NCBI GenBank assembly: GCA_947629365.1
Contig: CANRDM010000001.1
Span: 1 to 56,631, forward strand
Direction of reading: 5' to 3'
DNA length: 56,631 nucleotides
DNA from: an uncultured Bacilli bacterium
Lineage (GTDB): Bacteria > Bacillota_I > Bacilli_A > RF39 > UBA660
This document shows positions 19,397-29,085 of the stretch, in pieces. The position numbers were made by a program, and so were the translations under genes. Under the pieces are notes generated by a model. It was not told the origin of the DNA. It did no database searches and saw nothing but the letters and a program-made list of their open reading frames with translations. Positions within the stretch are counted from its first letter, which is position 1, and each line of letters opens with the position of its first letter.

Positions 19397-20191
19397 TCAT
19401 TTTACACTTTTAATTTCTAATAAGTATCTTATAAGATTTATTAATTTCATTATTATTTCTCTTAACCAATACCACTTTGGCTTTTCTACTTCTTCCGGTG
19501 TTAAGTCAATTGCCCAAGCTTCAACGATAGGATAAGCATAAGGAAGAACAAAAGTGCCTTTGTTTCCCCAACTACTACCCCACGAATTTTGAATAAGTAA
19601 ACCTGTTTCGTTCCAACCATAACATACAATGGCGTGAAGCCCAATTGAATTGTCAGGTACGTACGCCACGTAATTTTTGTCTAGTTTTAAGCCTTGGTCG
19701 TCAATATCTATACATATTATTGCTGGCGTTTTAGAAGTGTATAATGCTTGCTTTATTTCATTGGTATTGTAAAGCCTTGCATAAGAGCCAATTTTATTAT
19801 TGGAAGCAATTGCTTTGTATTTAGATAAGTCTTTGTCTACAACCTCTTTAGCCTCGTTCATTTCGACGTTGGCATTTAAGTCTTTATTTGTTATGTATCC
19901 GACGTTCTTTATTGTCTTTAAAGCATCTAACACAACCATACCTTTACCTTGGTAATAGCCATCCGAACGATAGCCATATATCCAACCTGTTGAGTAGTTT
20001 ATACCGTCTTTGGTTTCAAGTATTTCTGACAAGCTATGTGCCACGCAAGAACTAACATTGCCTTGATTTTTGATATGTGAATGCGTAAGTTCAAATGAAA
20101 TCGGCAATTCAACTGTTTTAGTAGCTTTAGCAATTCTATAATTTCTCAAGTCTTTTGGAGATTTTAATGCTCCTGTATAATATTTATTCAT
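19397..20191 (-). CDS. papain-like (C1 family) cysteine peptidase
   Basis: Catalytic-Cys region NQGNVSSCVAHS and His/Asn region GLHAIVCYGW...IQNSWGSSWGNKGTFVLPY are typical of peptidase C1. Confidence 0.7.
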   Translation of the reverse strand: MNKYYTGALKSPKDLRNYRIAKATKTVELPISFELTHSHIKNQGNVSSCVAHSLSEILETKDGINYSTGWIYGYRSDGYYQGKGMVVLDALKTIKNVGYITNKDLNANVEMNEAKEVVDKDLSKYKAIASNNKIGSYARLYNTNEIKQALYTSKTPAIICIDIDDQGLKLDKNYVAYVPDNSIGLHAIVCYGWNETGLLIQNSWGSSWGNKGTFVLPYAYPIVEAWAIDLTPEEVEKPKWYWLREIIMKLINLIRYLLEIKSVK

Positions 20192-20199
20192 AAATCACC

Positions 20200-21142
20200 T
20201 CACAAACAGAATGATGGTGCTAGCCCACGATTATAATCATTAGTACTATATTCAAACTCACCTTTTTTATTTACTATAATCCACAAATTATCATCGTATG
20301 AGCTAGGGCTTCTTAGCCAATAGTTAAGGTTTATTGTGCTTTTATTTCCATTATTATTAGCAGTCTTAGTTTTCGCACTTGAATTATAATATGAATATTG
20401 CTCACCTTCTGAATTAGAATTTCCTTTATAACCTTGATAACTTTGATTTCCAAACATTTCAGAACCAGATGCCAAAAATACTTTATCTTCCGTATCAGGA
20501 CCTGCCGTGCTATCGGTATGATTAGCTAAATTCTTCTTTATAACTGTTTTAATTAATGGCTTTATGCCTTCTGGAAGAGCACTAATAAATGTTGTATTGC
20601 ACCAGGTACGACGCGGATTATTTGACCAATTATCAGTATTAGTTGTTTTTACAGTTCTGGAACCCCAAATATAACCACCTTCAACACTTCCTTTATTTCC
20701 TAACATTTCTTTACATTGTAAGGTAATAGCAGCCTTTGTTTTTCCATTGATAGCCTCTTTAAGATTATCTTGTTCTATTCCTACAATAATCATTGTTATA
20801 TCTTGCTCCACGTGACTTTCATCTGCATAGGGTGGTGTTGCTGACATAGCATTCAAGTGCATTACTCTTGTATCTCCTACTTTCCAATAATCATTTATAT
20901 CAATTTTACCTTTATAATATGCTTTAAGTACTTGAGCAATTTGTTCATCAGTAGCAGTAGCAAACGGTGCTTCTTGTGGAGTTGGTATAGGTTTTTCTTC
21001 ATACTTCCATATAACCTCTCCGGCGTGGGCTATGCCAAGTAATTTCTTACCATTTTTAGCTATGCCCTGAAAGGTTTTAACATTTTTAAATAGCTCTAAT
21101 TGCCCCCCCCCGAGCGAACAATTGTATTTTTTTATTTTTCAT
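20200..21142 (-). pseudogene. extra receptor-binding module gene, frameshifted at a G9 tract (phase-variable or sequencing artefact)
   Basis: ATG 21142 (AGGAGA upstream) gives MKNKKIQLFARGG, then the G9 tract. As written, that frame stops after 18 codons. With G8 or G11 it continues ...QLELFKNVKTFQGIAKNGKKLLGIAHAGEVIWKYEE...VMHLNAMSATPPY... into track ORF 20200-20862. The product is a paralogue of the last module of the 907-aa fibre. Confidence 0.7.
21103..21111. repeat. C9 (G9 on the coding strand) homopolymer
   Basis: ttgCCCCCCCCCgag, counted directly. It is the longest G/C run I noticed in this AT-rich window. Confidence 0.95.
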
Positions 21143-21157
21143 TTTTTTATTTCTCCT

Positions 21158-23881
21158 TTATAAACAAAATGATGGGGCTATACCAAAGTTATTTTCAAAA
21201 TCAGCAACAGTAGCAGAGCTATAATAATCACTAAATGCGAACCAAAAACGATTTTCAGAAATAGCAGGGCTTCTTAACCAATATGAAGATGTTGAACTTC
21301 CTGCTTCACCATTATTATTAATATATTTTTTTCTTCGAGTATTTGATTTATAGTAATCATATTGCTCTCCTTCAAGTGCTATACTTCCTAAATAGTTGTC
21401 TTTGCCATCATAATCTTTTTCATTCCCATATATTTCAGATACAGATATAAGAAATGCTTTATCTTCAGTATTAGTTCCTGGTGTATTATTTTTATGGTTT
21501 GCTAGATTTTTTTTAACAATTGTTTTCACTAATGGTTGGATATTGCTAGGTAGTGAATTAACAAATATATCATTTAACCACGTTCTTCGTGCATTAGTAG
21601 AAAAATTAGTAGTAGTTGTGGTTGATAAATAACCATATTCAAGTACACCATTATTGCCTAGCAATTCTCTACATTGTAAAGTAATTGCAGCTTTTCCATA
21701 ACTATTTATAGGAGTAACTAATGTATCGTGGTTCATACCTATAATAACCATTGCCATATCTTGTTCAACGTGGGTATCATTAATTCCTTTACTCGTAGCC
21801 ATCGCATTTAAATGCATTACTCTAGTATCGCCAACGTGCCAGTAGTCTGCTATGTTTATTTTACCAGAATAATGCAAGTCCAAGTATTCCCTTATTTCGT
21901 CATCGCTTGCTTCTGCAAAAGGCTTAATTATTGGCTTAGGTTCTTCATATTTCCATATAATCTCTCCTACGTGTGCTATACCAAGTAGTTTTTTATCATT
22001 TTTAGCTATGCCTTGGAAAAGTTTTTCATTTTTAATTAGTTTGTGATGTATTACAAGGTCAGGTTCGGCGGCTAAGCAAAATGCAGGGGCTAAACAATTA
22101 GAGCTACCACTATAACCAAGGTTTGCATAGCCATAGTTACCACTAACATCAGAGTGTACACTACACCAACGGTAACCATCAGTAGTATTAGATACAGGAG
22201 AGCTTTCCCACCACTCACACCCGGTAAGATTTGGTACACCATTATTATTTCCTCTTTTAAGCCTATTGCTAGGTTCTTTATAATATTCCCATTGTGTTCC
22301 TTCTTGACCAGTTGGAACGGTATTTCCTAAATAATTTAAATACGCAACATTGCCGAATATTTCGGAATAGGATGGTAAAAATATTTTATCATTTACTTCC
22401 TCAGTTGTTTTTAAATTATATTTAGTTAATCTATTATGTTTAGTTTCTACGATTAAATTTTGCAATTCTTTAGAAAAACAAGTTGTTAAGAAATCACCAT
22501 TAAGCCAAGTTCTCAATGGTAATTCTGACCACTTTGTAGGTTTCGTAAGATTACTAGTTAGATTAACACGAACAGTACCATTTTCACCCCATCCTTGTGA
22601 TAGGTTATTTAAGACTTCTCTCGTTTGACAAGTTATTATAGCTTTCGTTTTATTATTAATAGGTGTTACTAAATCGTGATAATTAATCGCTGTTATTACA
22701 ATTGTGATATCTTGGTCTTTCCAACGCTCCGGAAAATTTGTTTCTGGGCTGTCTATTCCATTTAGATGAATTAATCTGGTGTCACCTACGTGCCAATAAT
22801 CTGCAAGATTTATTTCCCCAGCGTAGTGCATTTTTAAATATTGTGTAAGCTCTTTATCAGAACAAGTGGCAAAAGGTCTAATTCCAGATATTGGTTCTTT
22901 AACTATTTCATATGGATTTTCCATAGTTCCGTCACCTTTTAAATTGACCGAACCTTTAATATTAATAACTGGCCTTAAGTAGCAAGATGTATTTGATATA
23001 TTATTTCCAGATATAGTGCCGTTTTCTTGAATATTCATCATATTAACTGACGTACCATCGTAGCTCGATGGTGACATAGTCCAAAAATTTGATCCAGTAC
23101 ATAAATAGTAATTTGTATTTTCTGTAGGATAACTTCCTCCAGCATACATAGCTTCATCACTAGTAAGCAGTCCTACTGGGTGTTTAAGTACCTGATTTCC
23201 TTTTCCTTCACTATTTACCATTGTAAATAAGTCATTAGTATATTCGCACCTAAATGAAGGAGTAGATATAGTTGTTCTTCTAAAGTATGGTCCGTAATAT
23301 GTTGCTTTAGCGCCAAACCCGTAACTTGTCTTATTAGGTATAGAACTTGTCGTTATATTTGGCCTCTCATAAGGTGTACGATCATTAATAAATCCTGATG
23401 TTAAATCTATATAATCTAAGTAACTATTTAATCCAATTTTTTCAAACCAGCTGCTTAATTCTTCAGCTGCGCTAGATGGAGTTTCGTTTATATGTGTAGC
23501 ATCGTATGCTGCTTGACTTATTTTACCATAGTAGTGTCCAACATAAGTATTATCATTATATAATGTATTAAATTTAATTGGGCTACCTGCGCATCTATCA
23601 GTATCACCACTTGTATCACCATTAGCATAAGTTTTACTGCCATCATATATTAATCTAATAGAACCACTTCCATTTATTCTAATTATACGCCAAAATTTAT
23701 TAGCAAATTTAAAATAATTATCTTCAACAGCTCCTCTATAATAATAGGTATCACCGTCATTATCTACATCTTTATATAATTTACCTTTACTTACAGTTTC
23801 ATCAGCTTGGCTAAAATCTGGTTTTTCTGTAATTATTTGTTTGCCATTTAAAATATAATCTCTTGCTTTAGATTCAGCCAT
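21158..23881 (-). CDS. tail fibre / receptor-binding protein with three C-terminally related modules
   Basis: 907 aa. Modules end ...CYLRPVINIKG (about residue 320), ...WWESSP...CLAPAFCL (about 612) and ...YWLRSPA...GIAPSFCL (907). The last two each start with ...P(F)A..SD.E...YL..HY.G.IN.ADYWHVGDTR. The WLRSP-type module resembles what I recall as DUF6273 (unverified). Confidence 0.7.
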   Translation of the reverse strand: MAESKARDYILNGKQIITEKPDFSQADETVSKGKLYKDVDNDGDTYYYRGAVEDNYFKFANKFWRIIRINGSGSIRLIYDGSKTYANGDTSGDTDRCAGSPIKFNTLYNDNTYVGHYYGKISQAAYDATHINETPSSAAEELSSWFEKIGLNSYLDYIDLTSGFINDRTPYERPNITTSSIPNKTSYGFGAKATYYGPYFRRTTISTPSFRCEYTNDLFTMVNSEGKGNQVLKHPVGLLTSDEAMYAGGSYPTENTNYYLCTGSNFWTMSPSSYDGTSVNMMNIQENGTISGNNISNTSCYLRPVINIKGSVNLKGDGTMENPYEIVKEPISGIRPFATCSDKELTQYLKMHYAGEINLADYWHVGDTRLIHLNGIDSPETNFPERWKDQDITIVITAINYHDLVTPINNKTKAIITCQTREVLNNLSQGWGENGTVRVNLTSNLTKPTKWSELPLRTWLNGDFLTTCFSKELQNLIVETKHNRLTKYNLKTTEEVNDKIFLPSYSEIFGNVAYLNYLGNTVPTGQEGTQWEYYKEPSNRLKRGNNNGVPNLTGCEWWESSPVSNTTDGYRWCSVHSDVSGNYGYANLGYSGSSNCLAPAFCLAAEPDLVIHHKLIKNEKLFQGIAKNDKKLLGIAHVGEIIWKYEEPKPIIKPFAEASDDEIREYLDLHYSGKINIADYWHVGDTRVMHLNAMATSKGINDTHVEQDMAMVIIGMNHDTLVTPINSYGKAAITLQCRELLGNNGVLEYGYLSTTTTTNFSTNARRTWLNDIFVNSLPSNIQPLVKTIVKKNLANHKNNTPGTNTEDKAFLISVSEIYGNEKDYDGKDNYLGSIALEGEQYDYYKSNTRRKKYINNNGEAGSSTSSYWLRSPAISENRFWFAFSDYYSSATVADFENNFGIAPSFCL

Positions 23882-23884
23882 AAA

Positions 23885-25177
23885 TTATTCACTCTCCGTC
23901 CAATAAAAGAACTTGTCAGGCGTTGATGCTGATTCAGCTAAAGCATCTTCTTCGGTATTAGCAGTTGATTGTAATAAAAAGTCGTTTTGTAATTGTGACA
24001 TTTTCGTTGGTATTTCCGACTTTTTAGCATATTCACTCAAATCAGTTTTTGTTGTACCTACAATAATCCAACCATTATTTTTATAAAAACAAGCAAGATA
24101 ATATTTATCTATCGGAAAATCAACTGAGACTGTTTCTACAGTTTTATAATTTTTTAAATTAGTTGTTATTGGTTGAATTGATAACTCATTATTATTAATT
24201 TGTGATAAAATATTTCCTTCTGAAATTTTAATTTTTTGATCATTCAATTGATAACTATTATCACTTTGACTTATGGTAATTATTCCTTCATTAACGGCGT
24301 CATCAGTTGAAATTAAATATATTGTTTTTTCTGAAATTTGTTCTGTTGGCAATTGCGATACTACTTCAATTTCTAATTTTGGAATTTGTAATAATTTTTC
24401 TTCTATTTCTTCTTTAGAATAAGTTTCTCGCTTGGTATACCTATCATCAATTTCTTTTTGTAAATTAGCAGCAATATCTCCTGACAATTTTCCTTTAATA
24501 TTATCAAACCATTTATTGAAATCTGTTTCAAATTCGCCTAATTTATCACTGTATTGTTGTTGTATGCCTACAAACCAAGTATCAATATTGTTTTTGAGAA
24601 GTTCATACCAGGTATTCCAGTCGTTATTATGTTCTTCAATTAGTTCATTGTATTTTGTATATAACTGATTATAAACATCTGTTATATCAAGCGTTTTTAC
24701 AGTAGAGGCTACTATACCGCATAAATTAGTATCTGGCCTAGTATCTTTAATAGCTGACTGAGTAATAGATGTAACACTGTTATTAACTGTAATTTCTGCT
24801 AATTTAATATCATAAGTAGTAGTGGATCTTACTAAAGCTGGTGCTGACGGTGTATCGCTATACGTTCCTTTAATTATTTGAGCCGATATTAACCTGTTGG
24901 TTAAATCTAATCTAAGTACAACATTATCAATACGCTTTAGTGTTCCGTCAGCTACTTCAATTCCTTTTGTTAAATCTGTCGTATTACTGTAACGGTAACC
25001 TTCGATATTAGCGTCTCCCGACTTAATAGTGATAGACATATCGTTATTTGCTATAACGGCTAATTCATTATTAAAAACACCGTTTGTAAAGTATTTTTTT
25101 AAATGTCTTGCGAAGTCTTCCGCAAAATATCTTCTGTCGTGTTCTACGGAGTTAAAAAAGCTTGAGATTTCCGCCAT
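23885..25177 (-). CDS. baseplate / tail-fibre-associated structural protein with a central coiled coil
   Basis: 430 aa between the tail-tip genes and the fibre. The N-terminus MAEISSFFNSVEHDRRYFAEDFARHL...GDANIEGYRY resembles siphophage minor structural proteins. Confidence 0.5.
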   Translation of the reverse strand: MAEISSFFNSVEHDRRYFAEDFARHLKKYFTNGVFNNELAVIANNDMSITIKSGDANIEGYRYSNTTDLTKGIEVADGTLKRIDNVVLRLDLTNRLISAQIIKGTYSDTPSAPALVRSTTTYDIKLAEITVNNSVTSITQSAIKDTRPDTNLCGIVASTVKTLDITDVYNQLYTKYNELIEEHNNDWNTWYELLKNNIDTWFVGIQQQYSDKLGEFETDFNKWFDNIKGKLSGDIAANLQKEIDDRYTKRETYSKEEIEEKLLQIPKLEIEVVSQLPTEQISEKTIYLISTDDAVNEGIITISQSDNSYQLNDQKIKISEGNILSQINNNELSIQPITTNLKNYKTVETVSVDFPIDKYYLACFYKNNGWIIVGTTKTDLSEYAKKSEIPTKMSQLQNDFLLQSTANTEEDALAESASTPDKFFYWTESE

Positions 25178-25188
25178 AAAATTCCCTC

Positions 25189-26250
25189 CTAATCTTCCTC
25201 GTTCTCAAATTTTTCATTTATTGGTGTACCAAAAGTAGGTAATACTTCGTATTTACCTCTTTCAAAAACTTCTTCTACTTCTATAATTCGTTTTCGTTCA
25301 TCAATACCCCAACTTTCTTTTTTTATATTGACAATATCTCCTAAATTCCATTTAGTCCTATAGTCAGCAGTATTTTTTACTTTAAACTCATACGACTCAG
25401 TAGGATCAGCCAATTTTTGAGTACCTAAATTATCTAAAATAGCGTTGTACTCGTCTTCTGTTAAATCGTCTTTACTTTCGCTTTTAGCGTCTACAAAGAC
25501 CTCTTTAATATCAAAATCGTGTGTTTCTTCATTAACTTTAGTAATAGTTCTAAGTACACGTTCTGTTCCTTCTCCGGTACCTCCAACTAAAACGTCATTA
25601 ATCTCACTAACAGAGCTATAAGAATAATCAGACGTTGCAATATTAGATTCACTCTCACTAAATTCATAACGCGTATTGATTTTTTGAGTTTCCGTTCTGT
25701 CTTTTCCTTCAAAGTTGACGTATTTATATCTTTTGTTTTTTAAATCAGCAACTATTTTTCCACCAATATTAGAAGCTTTAGACAGCTTTTTGTGAAAATC
25801 ATAAACATTTTTATAAGTACATTGATATTCAACTTTATTGCTTTTTATTTCACTCTCAACAATATCTAATTTTTTAAATGGTCTCATAGTATTTATCAAT
25901 TTACGAAAGCCACCTATAAAATCGCCACTGTAATTAATTTTTGTTTTAATTATTCTACGCTCTAATAATGATAGTCCAAAACTGCCATAAACTACTATGC
26001 TAACTTTTTGGCCGTCGTCGTTAAATTTCCAGGTTTCTATAATTCCAAAGTTTTCTTCTTCTGGTAAATCACTTCTTACTATAATATTATCTTTAACTAG
26101 AAGTTTTCTATTATTATCACTATTATTAATATGTAATTCAATTTCTCCAGCCTCAAAATATTTATCACGCCAACGTAAAGAACTATAATTATCAATAACT
26201 CCTAATTCGTTTAAATCACGATCATATATAGTTAAACTAACTTTTTGCAT
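25189..26250 (-). CDS. tail tip / minor structural protein (Gp37-like, Tal position)
   Basis: 353 aa directly after the Dit-like gene. N-terminus VSLTIYDRDLNELGVIDNYSSLRWRDKYFEAGEIELH. Confidence 0.5.
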   Translation of the reverse strand: MQKVSLTIYDRDLNELGVIDNYSSLRWRDKYFEAGEIELHINNSDNNRKLLVKDNIIVRSDLPEEENFGIIETWKFNDDGQKVSIVVYGSFGLSLLERRIIKTKINYSGDFIGGFRKLINTMRPFKKLDIVESEIKSNKVEYQCTYKNVYDFHKKLSKASNIGGKIVADLKNKRYKYVNFEGKDRTETQKINTRYEFSESESNIATSDYSYSSVSEINDVLVGGTGEGTERVLRTITKVNEETHDFDIKEVFVDAKSESKDDLTEDEYNAILDNLGTQKLADPTESYEFKVKNTADYRTKWNLGDIVNIKKESWGIDERKRIIEVEEVFERGKYEVLPTFGTPINEKFENEED

Positions 26251-27113
26251 TATACAGCCTCATATTCTGGTAAAAATTCTATGGTAGTCTCTAGGTTGTC
26301 CTCACCACTTTCTGCACCGCTCCTAAAAGTATTAGTTCCAATTGGTACTTGTAAATACTTGCTGCCATACATCTTTAAAAAAGTTATATCTTCTTCTACA
26401 CCAGTCGCTGCACTTATATAAACAACTTTTTTATTATCTACGTGAGTAGTAATAATTATTTGATCGCCAGCTGACATAGTTTTTTCTATTTGTATAATAT
26501 CTCTATTATTAACATTAAGTACATAAGGGTTTACCACTGTATCATTAGCTTTAAATTTAATTGTCATACCATATTCTATATTAGTATCATTTTCAGCTGT
26601 TCCCATTGAAGTAGTATTTTTAATACCAAACTCTATACCTTCGTCTTGAGGAATAATCAATGCAAACTCAAAGGCTGCGGACCAAGTAGCCATAGATAAT
26701 ATAGTAGCCGAAATAGCAGAAAAACGTGGGTTAGGAGCTACTAATTTAATAGAAAAGTCTCTTGTATAACCTTCTTTTTCTGGTATATCAACTTTTTCAA
26801 CAGTACATTGTATTTTTCTTTCAATGTCCCCTTCATAGTAATAAAGAGTACCTATAGTATCTAAAGGAAAAACATCAAATAGAATTAGTCTATTTTCTTG
26901 TATATTTTCTGTGATAGTGCCTTTAATAGTAAGATCTCTTTCGTCTAAACTTGTACCCTGATAAGTAGTACCAACTCCATAAGCAGAGCTAATAGTATTT
27001 ACTTTACCAGCTATTTCGTGAAAGCCGTCGCATATTCCTAAAAGAAAAGGTGGCTTATATGTAAAGGTTACTACGTCACCTTTGTAATTTTCCCAAATAA
27101 GAGTTCTTTCCAT
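26250..27113 (-). CDS. distal tail protein (Dit-like)
   Basis: 287 aa immediately downstream of the tape measure gene. Assignment rests on synteny. Confidence 0.6.
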   Translation of the reverse strand: MERTLIWENYKGDVVTFTYKPPFLLGICDGFHEIAGKVNTISSAYGVGTTYQGTSLDERDLTIKGTITENIQENRLILFDVFPLDTIGTLYYYEGDIERKIQCTVEKVDIPEKEGYTRDFSIKLVAPNPRFSAISATILSMATWSAAFEFALIIPQDEGIEFGIKNTTSMGTAENDTNIEYGMTIKFKANDTVVNPYVLNVNNRDIIQIEKTMSAGDQIIITTHVDNKKVVYISAATGVEEDITFLKMYGSKYLQVPIGTNTFRSGAESGEDNLETTIEFLPEYEAV

Positions 27114-27114
27114 A

Positions 27115-28803
27115 TTAAGCCTTCGCCTTTCTATTTCTTAAATTATAATCTTGTAAAGCCTTTCTTGTTTGTCTAGCAGTTTCTGCTGGAGACAAAGGCT
27201 CAGTCGAATTAATAGTTAAATTAAAGTTATTAGTCTCATTATTAATAACTGTACTATTTTTATTCTCGTCATATTCTTTAGATTCTTCAGCAGTCAATAC
27301 ACGTTCGCCTTTATGTAATAATGCTGGCATATCATCGTAAGGGACATATTCCATACCTACACGAAGTTTTTTAATTAACGGTATATTAATACCTTTACCA
27401 CCGACTCCAGGTACCCAGTCTGGTATTTTTATTTTATTTAATCCACTAATAAAAGCATTAATACCTTCAATAATAAAGTTAATCGGAGCTTTAAATATGC
27501 TGGTAAAAGTTGAAACAATACCACTAAATATTTGTTTAATTCCTTCCCAAGCTTGTTTCCAATTACTAGAAAATACACCTTTGATAAATGTAATAATACC
27601 GTTTAAATAAGTCTTTAAACTTTCTATTATAGGTTGTATGGCTTTAAAAGCGGCACCAAACACATTAGTAAGCACACCAGCAGTTACATTTAAGGCTGTT
27701 TGCAGTGGTGGCAAGATAGCATCGATAACTGTTGTTAAAAGTGAAATAATAGGAGGTAAAATAATATTAATTAAATCTATCAACGGAGTTAGCAAAGCCA
27801 TTAGTAAATCAATAAAAGGTTGTAGTAATTGAAATATAGGATCTAATAAAGGAAGTAAAGGTTCTAGTAAACTCAATAATAGAGGCAATATTAACTGTAT
27901 TATTTGCATTAGTGGAGGAAGTAACATAGTTAATAAGTCTATAATAACAGGTAATATTTCCTGTATAACCTGTGTTATAAAAGGCAATAACATATTAATT
28001 AATTGTATAATAGTAGGCAATATCGACGAGGCTAGGTCCATAAGTGGAGGTAAAAGACTAGATAATAATTGCGTCAGTATAGGGGCTAAAGTTGAAAAAA
28101 TACCCTGTATTGTAGGCATATTATCTATAATAAGGTTTAAAACTTCCTGTATAACAGGAATTAAAGCACTCATAATAGTATTAAATACGCCACCTAAAGA
28201 CTGACTAATATCTGACATAGTATCTCCAAAAACAACGCCAGCCGAGACGGCATCCTCACTCATAACAATACCTAAATCATTGGCACGCTGAATCAGTCCG
28301 TCATAATCTTCGGTGTTTTGTTCTATTAAAGGAGATAAAGTATAGGCTATGTTATCTCCAAATAATTCAGCAGCTTTAGTAGCTCTTTCTTCGGCAGTAG
28401 ATAAAGACATTATTTGTTTCATAGCGTCTTCCATATTTAGATCTGTACCTTCAAGCTTTTTAGCTGCTTTTTCTAAAGAAGTCATTTCAACACCACATTG
28501 ACCTGCAGCATATTTTAACTCTTGATAGTATTTTGTACTTATACCCATACGAATACTACCTTTGTCTATTTCGTCAGCGGTACTAGCAGTTTTATTGCTT
28601 AAAGCTACTAAACCACCAACCGCCGCAGAAGTTCCTGTAACTATTGCAGTTCCAACCTTAGCGGCTGATTTAACCATAGATCCAACGGAAGAAGCAAAAC
28701 TTTTCTCTGATGTTTTACCTTTATTAGTTGTTTCGTCAATAGCACTGTTGGCTTTTTCATTATCAATAAAGATAGATCCGTATAAACTAAAAATACTAGC
28801 CAT
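27115..28803 (-). CDS. tail tape measure protein
   Basis: 562 aa with a long Leu/Ile/Pro-rich periodic helical core (..LLPPLMDLASSILPTIIQLINMLLPFITQVIQEILPVIIDLL..). Lies after the G/GT chaperones. Confidence 0.85.
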   Translation of the reverse strand: MASIFSLYGSIFIDNEKANSAIDETTNKGKTSEKSFASSVGSMVKSAAKVGTAIVTGTSAAVGGLVALSNKTASTADEIDKGSIRMGISTKYYQELKYAAGQCGVEMTSLEKAAKKLEGTDLNMEDAMKQIMSLSTAEERATKAAELFGDNIAYTLSPLIEQNTEDYDGLIQRANDLGIVMSEDAVSAGVVFGDTMSDISQSLGGVFNTIMSALIPVIQEVLNLIIDNMPTIQGIFSTLAPILTQLLSSLLPPLMDLASSILPTIIQLINMLLPFITQVIQEILPVIIDLLTMLLPPLMQIIQLILPLLLSLLEPLLPLLDPIFQLLQPFIDLLMALLTPLIDLINIILPPIISLLTTVIDAILPPLQTALNVTAGVLTNVFGAAFKAIQPIIESLKTYLNGIITFIKGVFSSNWKQAWEGIKQIFSGIVSTFTSIFKAPINFIIEGINAFISGLNKIKIPDWVPGVGGKGINIPLIKKLRVGMEYVPYDDMPALLHKGERVLTAEESKEYDENKNSTVINNETNNFNLTINSTEPLSPAETARQTRKALQDYNLRNRKAKA

Positions 28804-28815
28804 TACTTACACCTC

Positions 28816-29085
28816 CTATAAGCCATAATCTTTGTTAATTTCTTCTGCGCTTCGCATTTTTCTTTTTGGCGTTTCAAACTGAGGAATAAAGGTATCACTT
28901 CCAGATATTTTTTTAACTACTTCGTTTATTAATTTAGGTATTTCATTTTCTTTTTTTAGGCCGTTCTCTAAACACTCGGCCAATAAAAAAGAGGTCTTAC
29001 CCTCAAACCAGTCAATACCGCCATAATGCTTATACAAAATACGTAGGACCTCCGCAGTCCCGATACCTACGCTTATGCTAAAAAA
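28816..29085 (-). CDS. -1 frame extension of the tail assembly chaperone (gpGT analogue; product starts at 29483)
   Basis: Slippery T TTT TTA at 29085-29079. The -1 frame opens exactly there (TGA at 29088-29086 just upstream) and runs to 28816. Track ORF 28816-29037 has only a TTG start. Confidence 0.65.
   Translation of the reverse strand, partial: FFSISVGIGTAEVLRILYKHYGGIDWFEGKTSFLLAECLENGLKKENEIPKLINEVVKKISGSDTFIPQFETPKRKMRSAEEINKDYGL

Noticed and set aside
27650-28150. Periodic Leu/Pro-rich repeats at DNA and protein level in the tape measure gene
   Set aside because: This is the normal internal periodicity of tape measure proteins, not a separate repeat element or mobile DNA.
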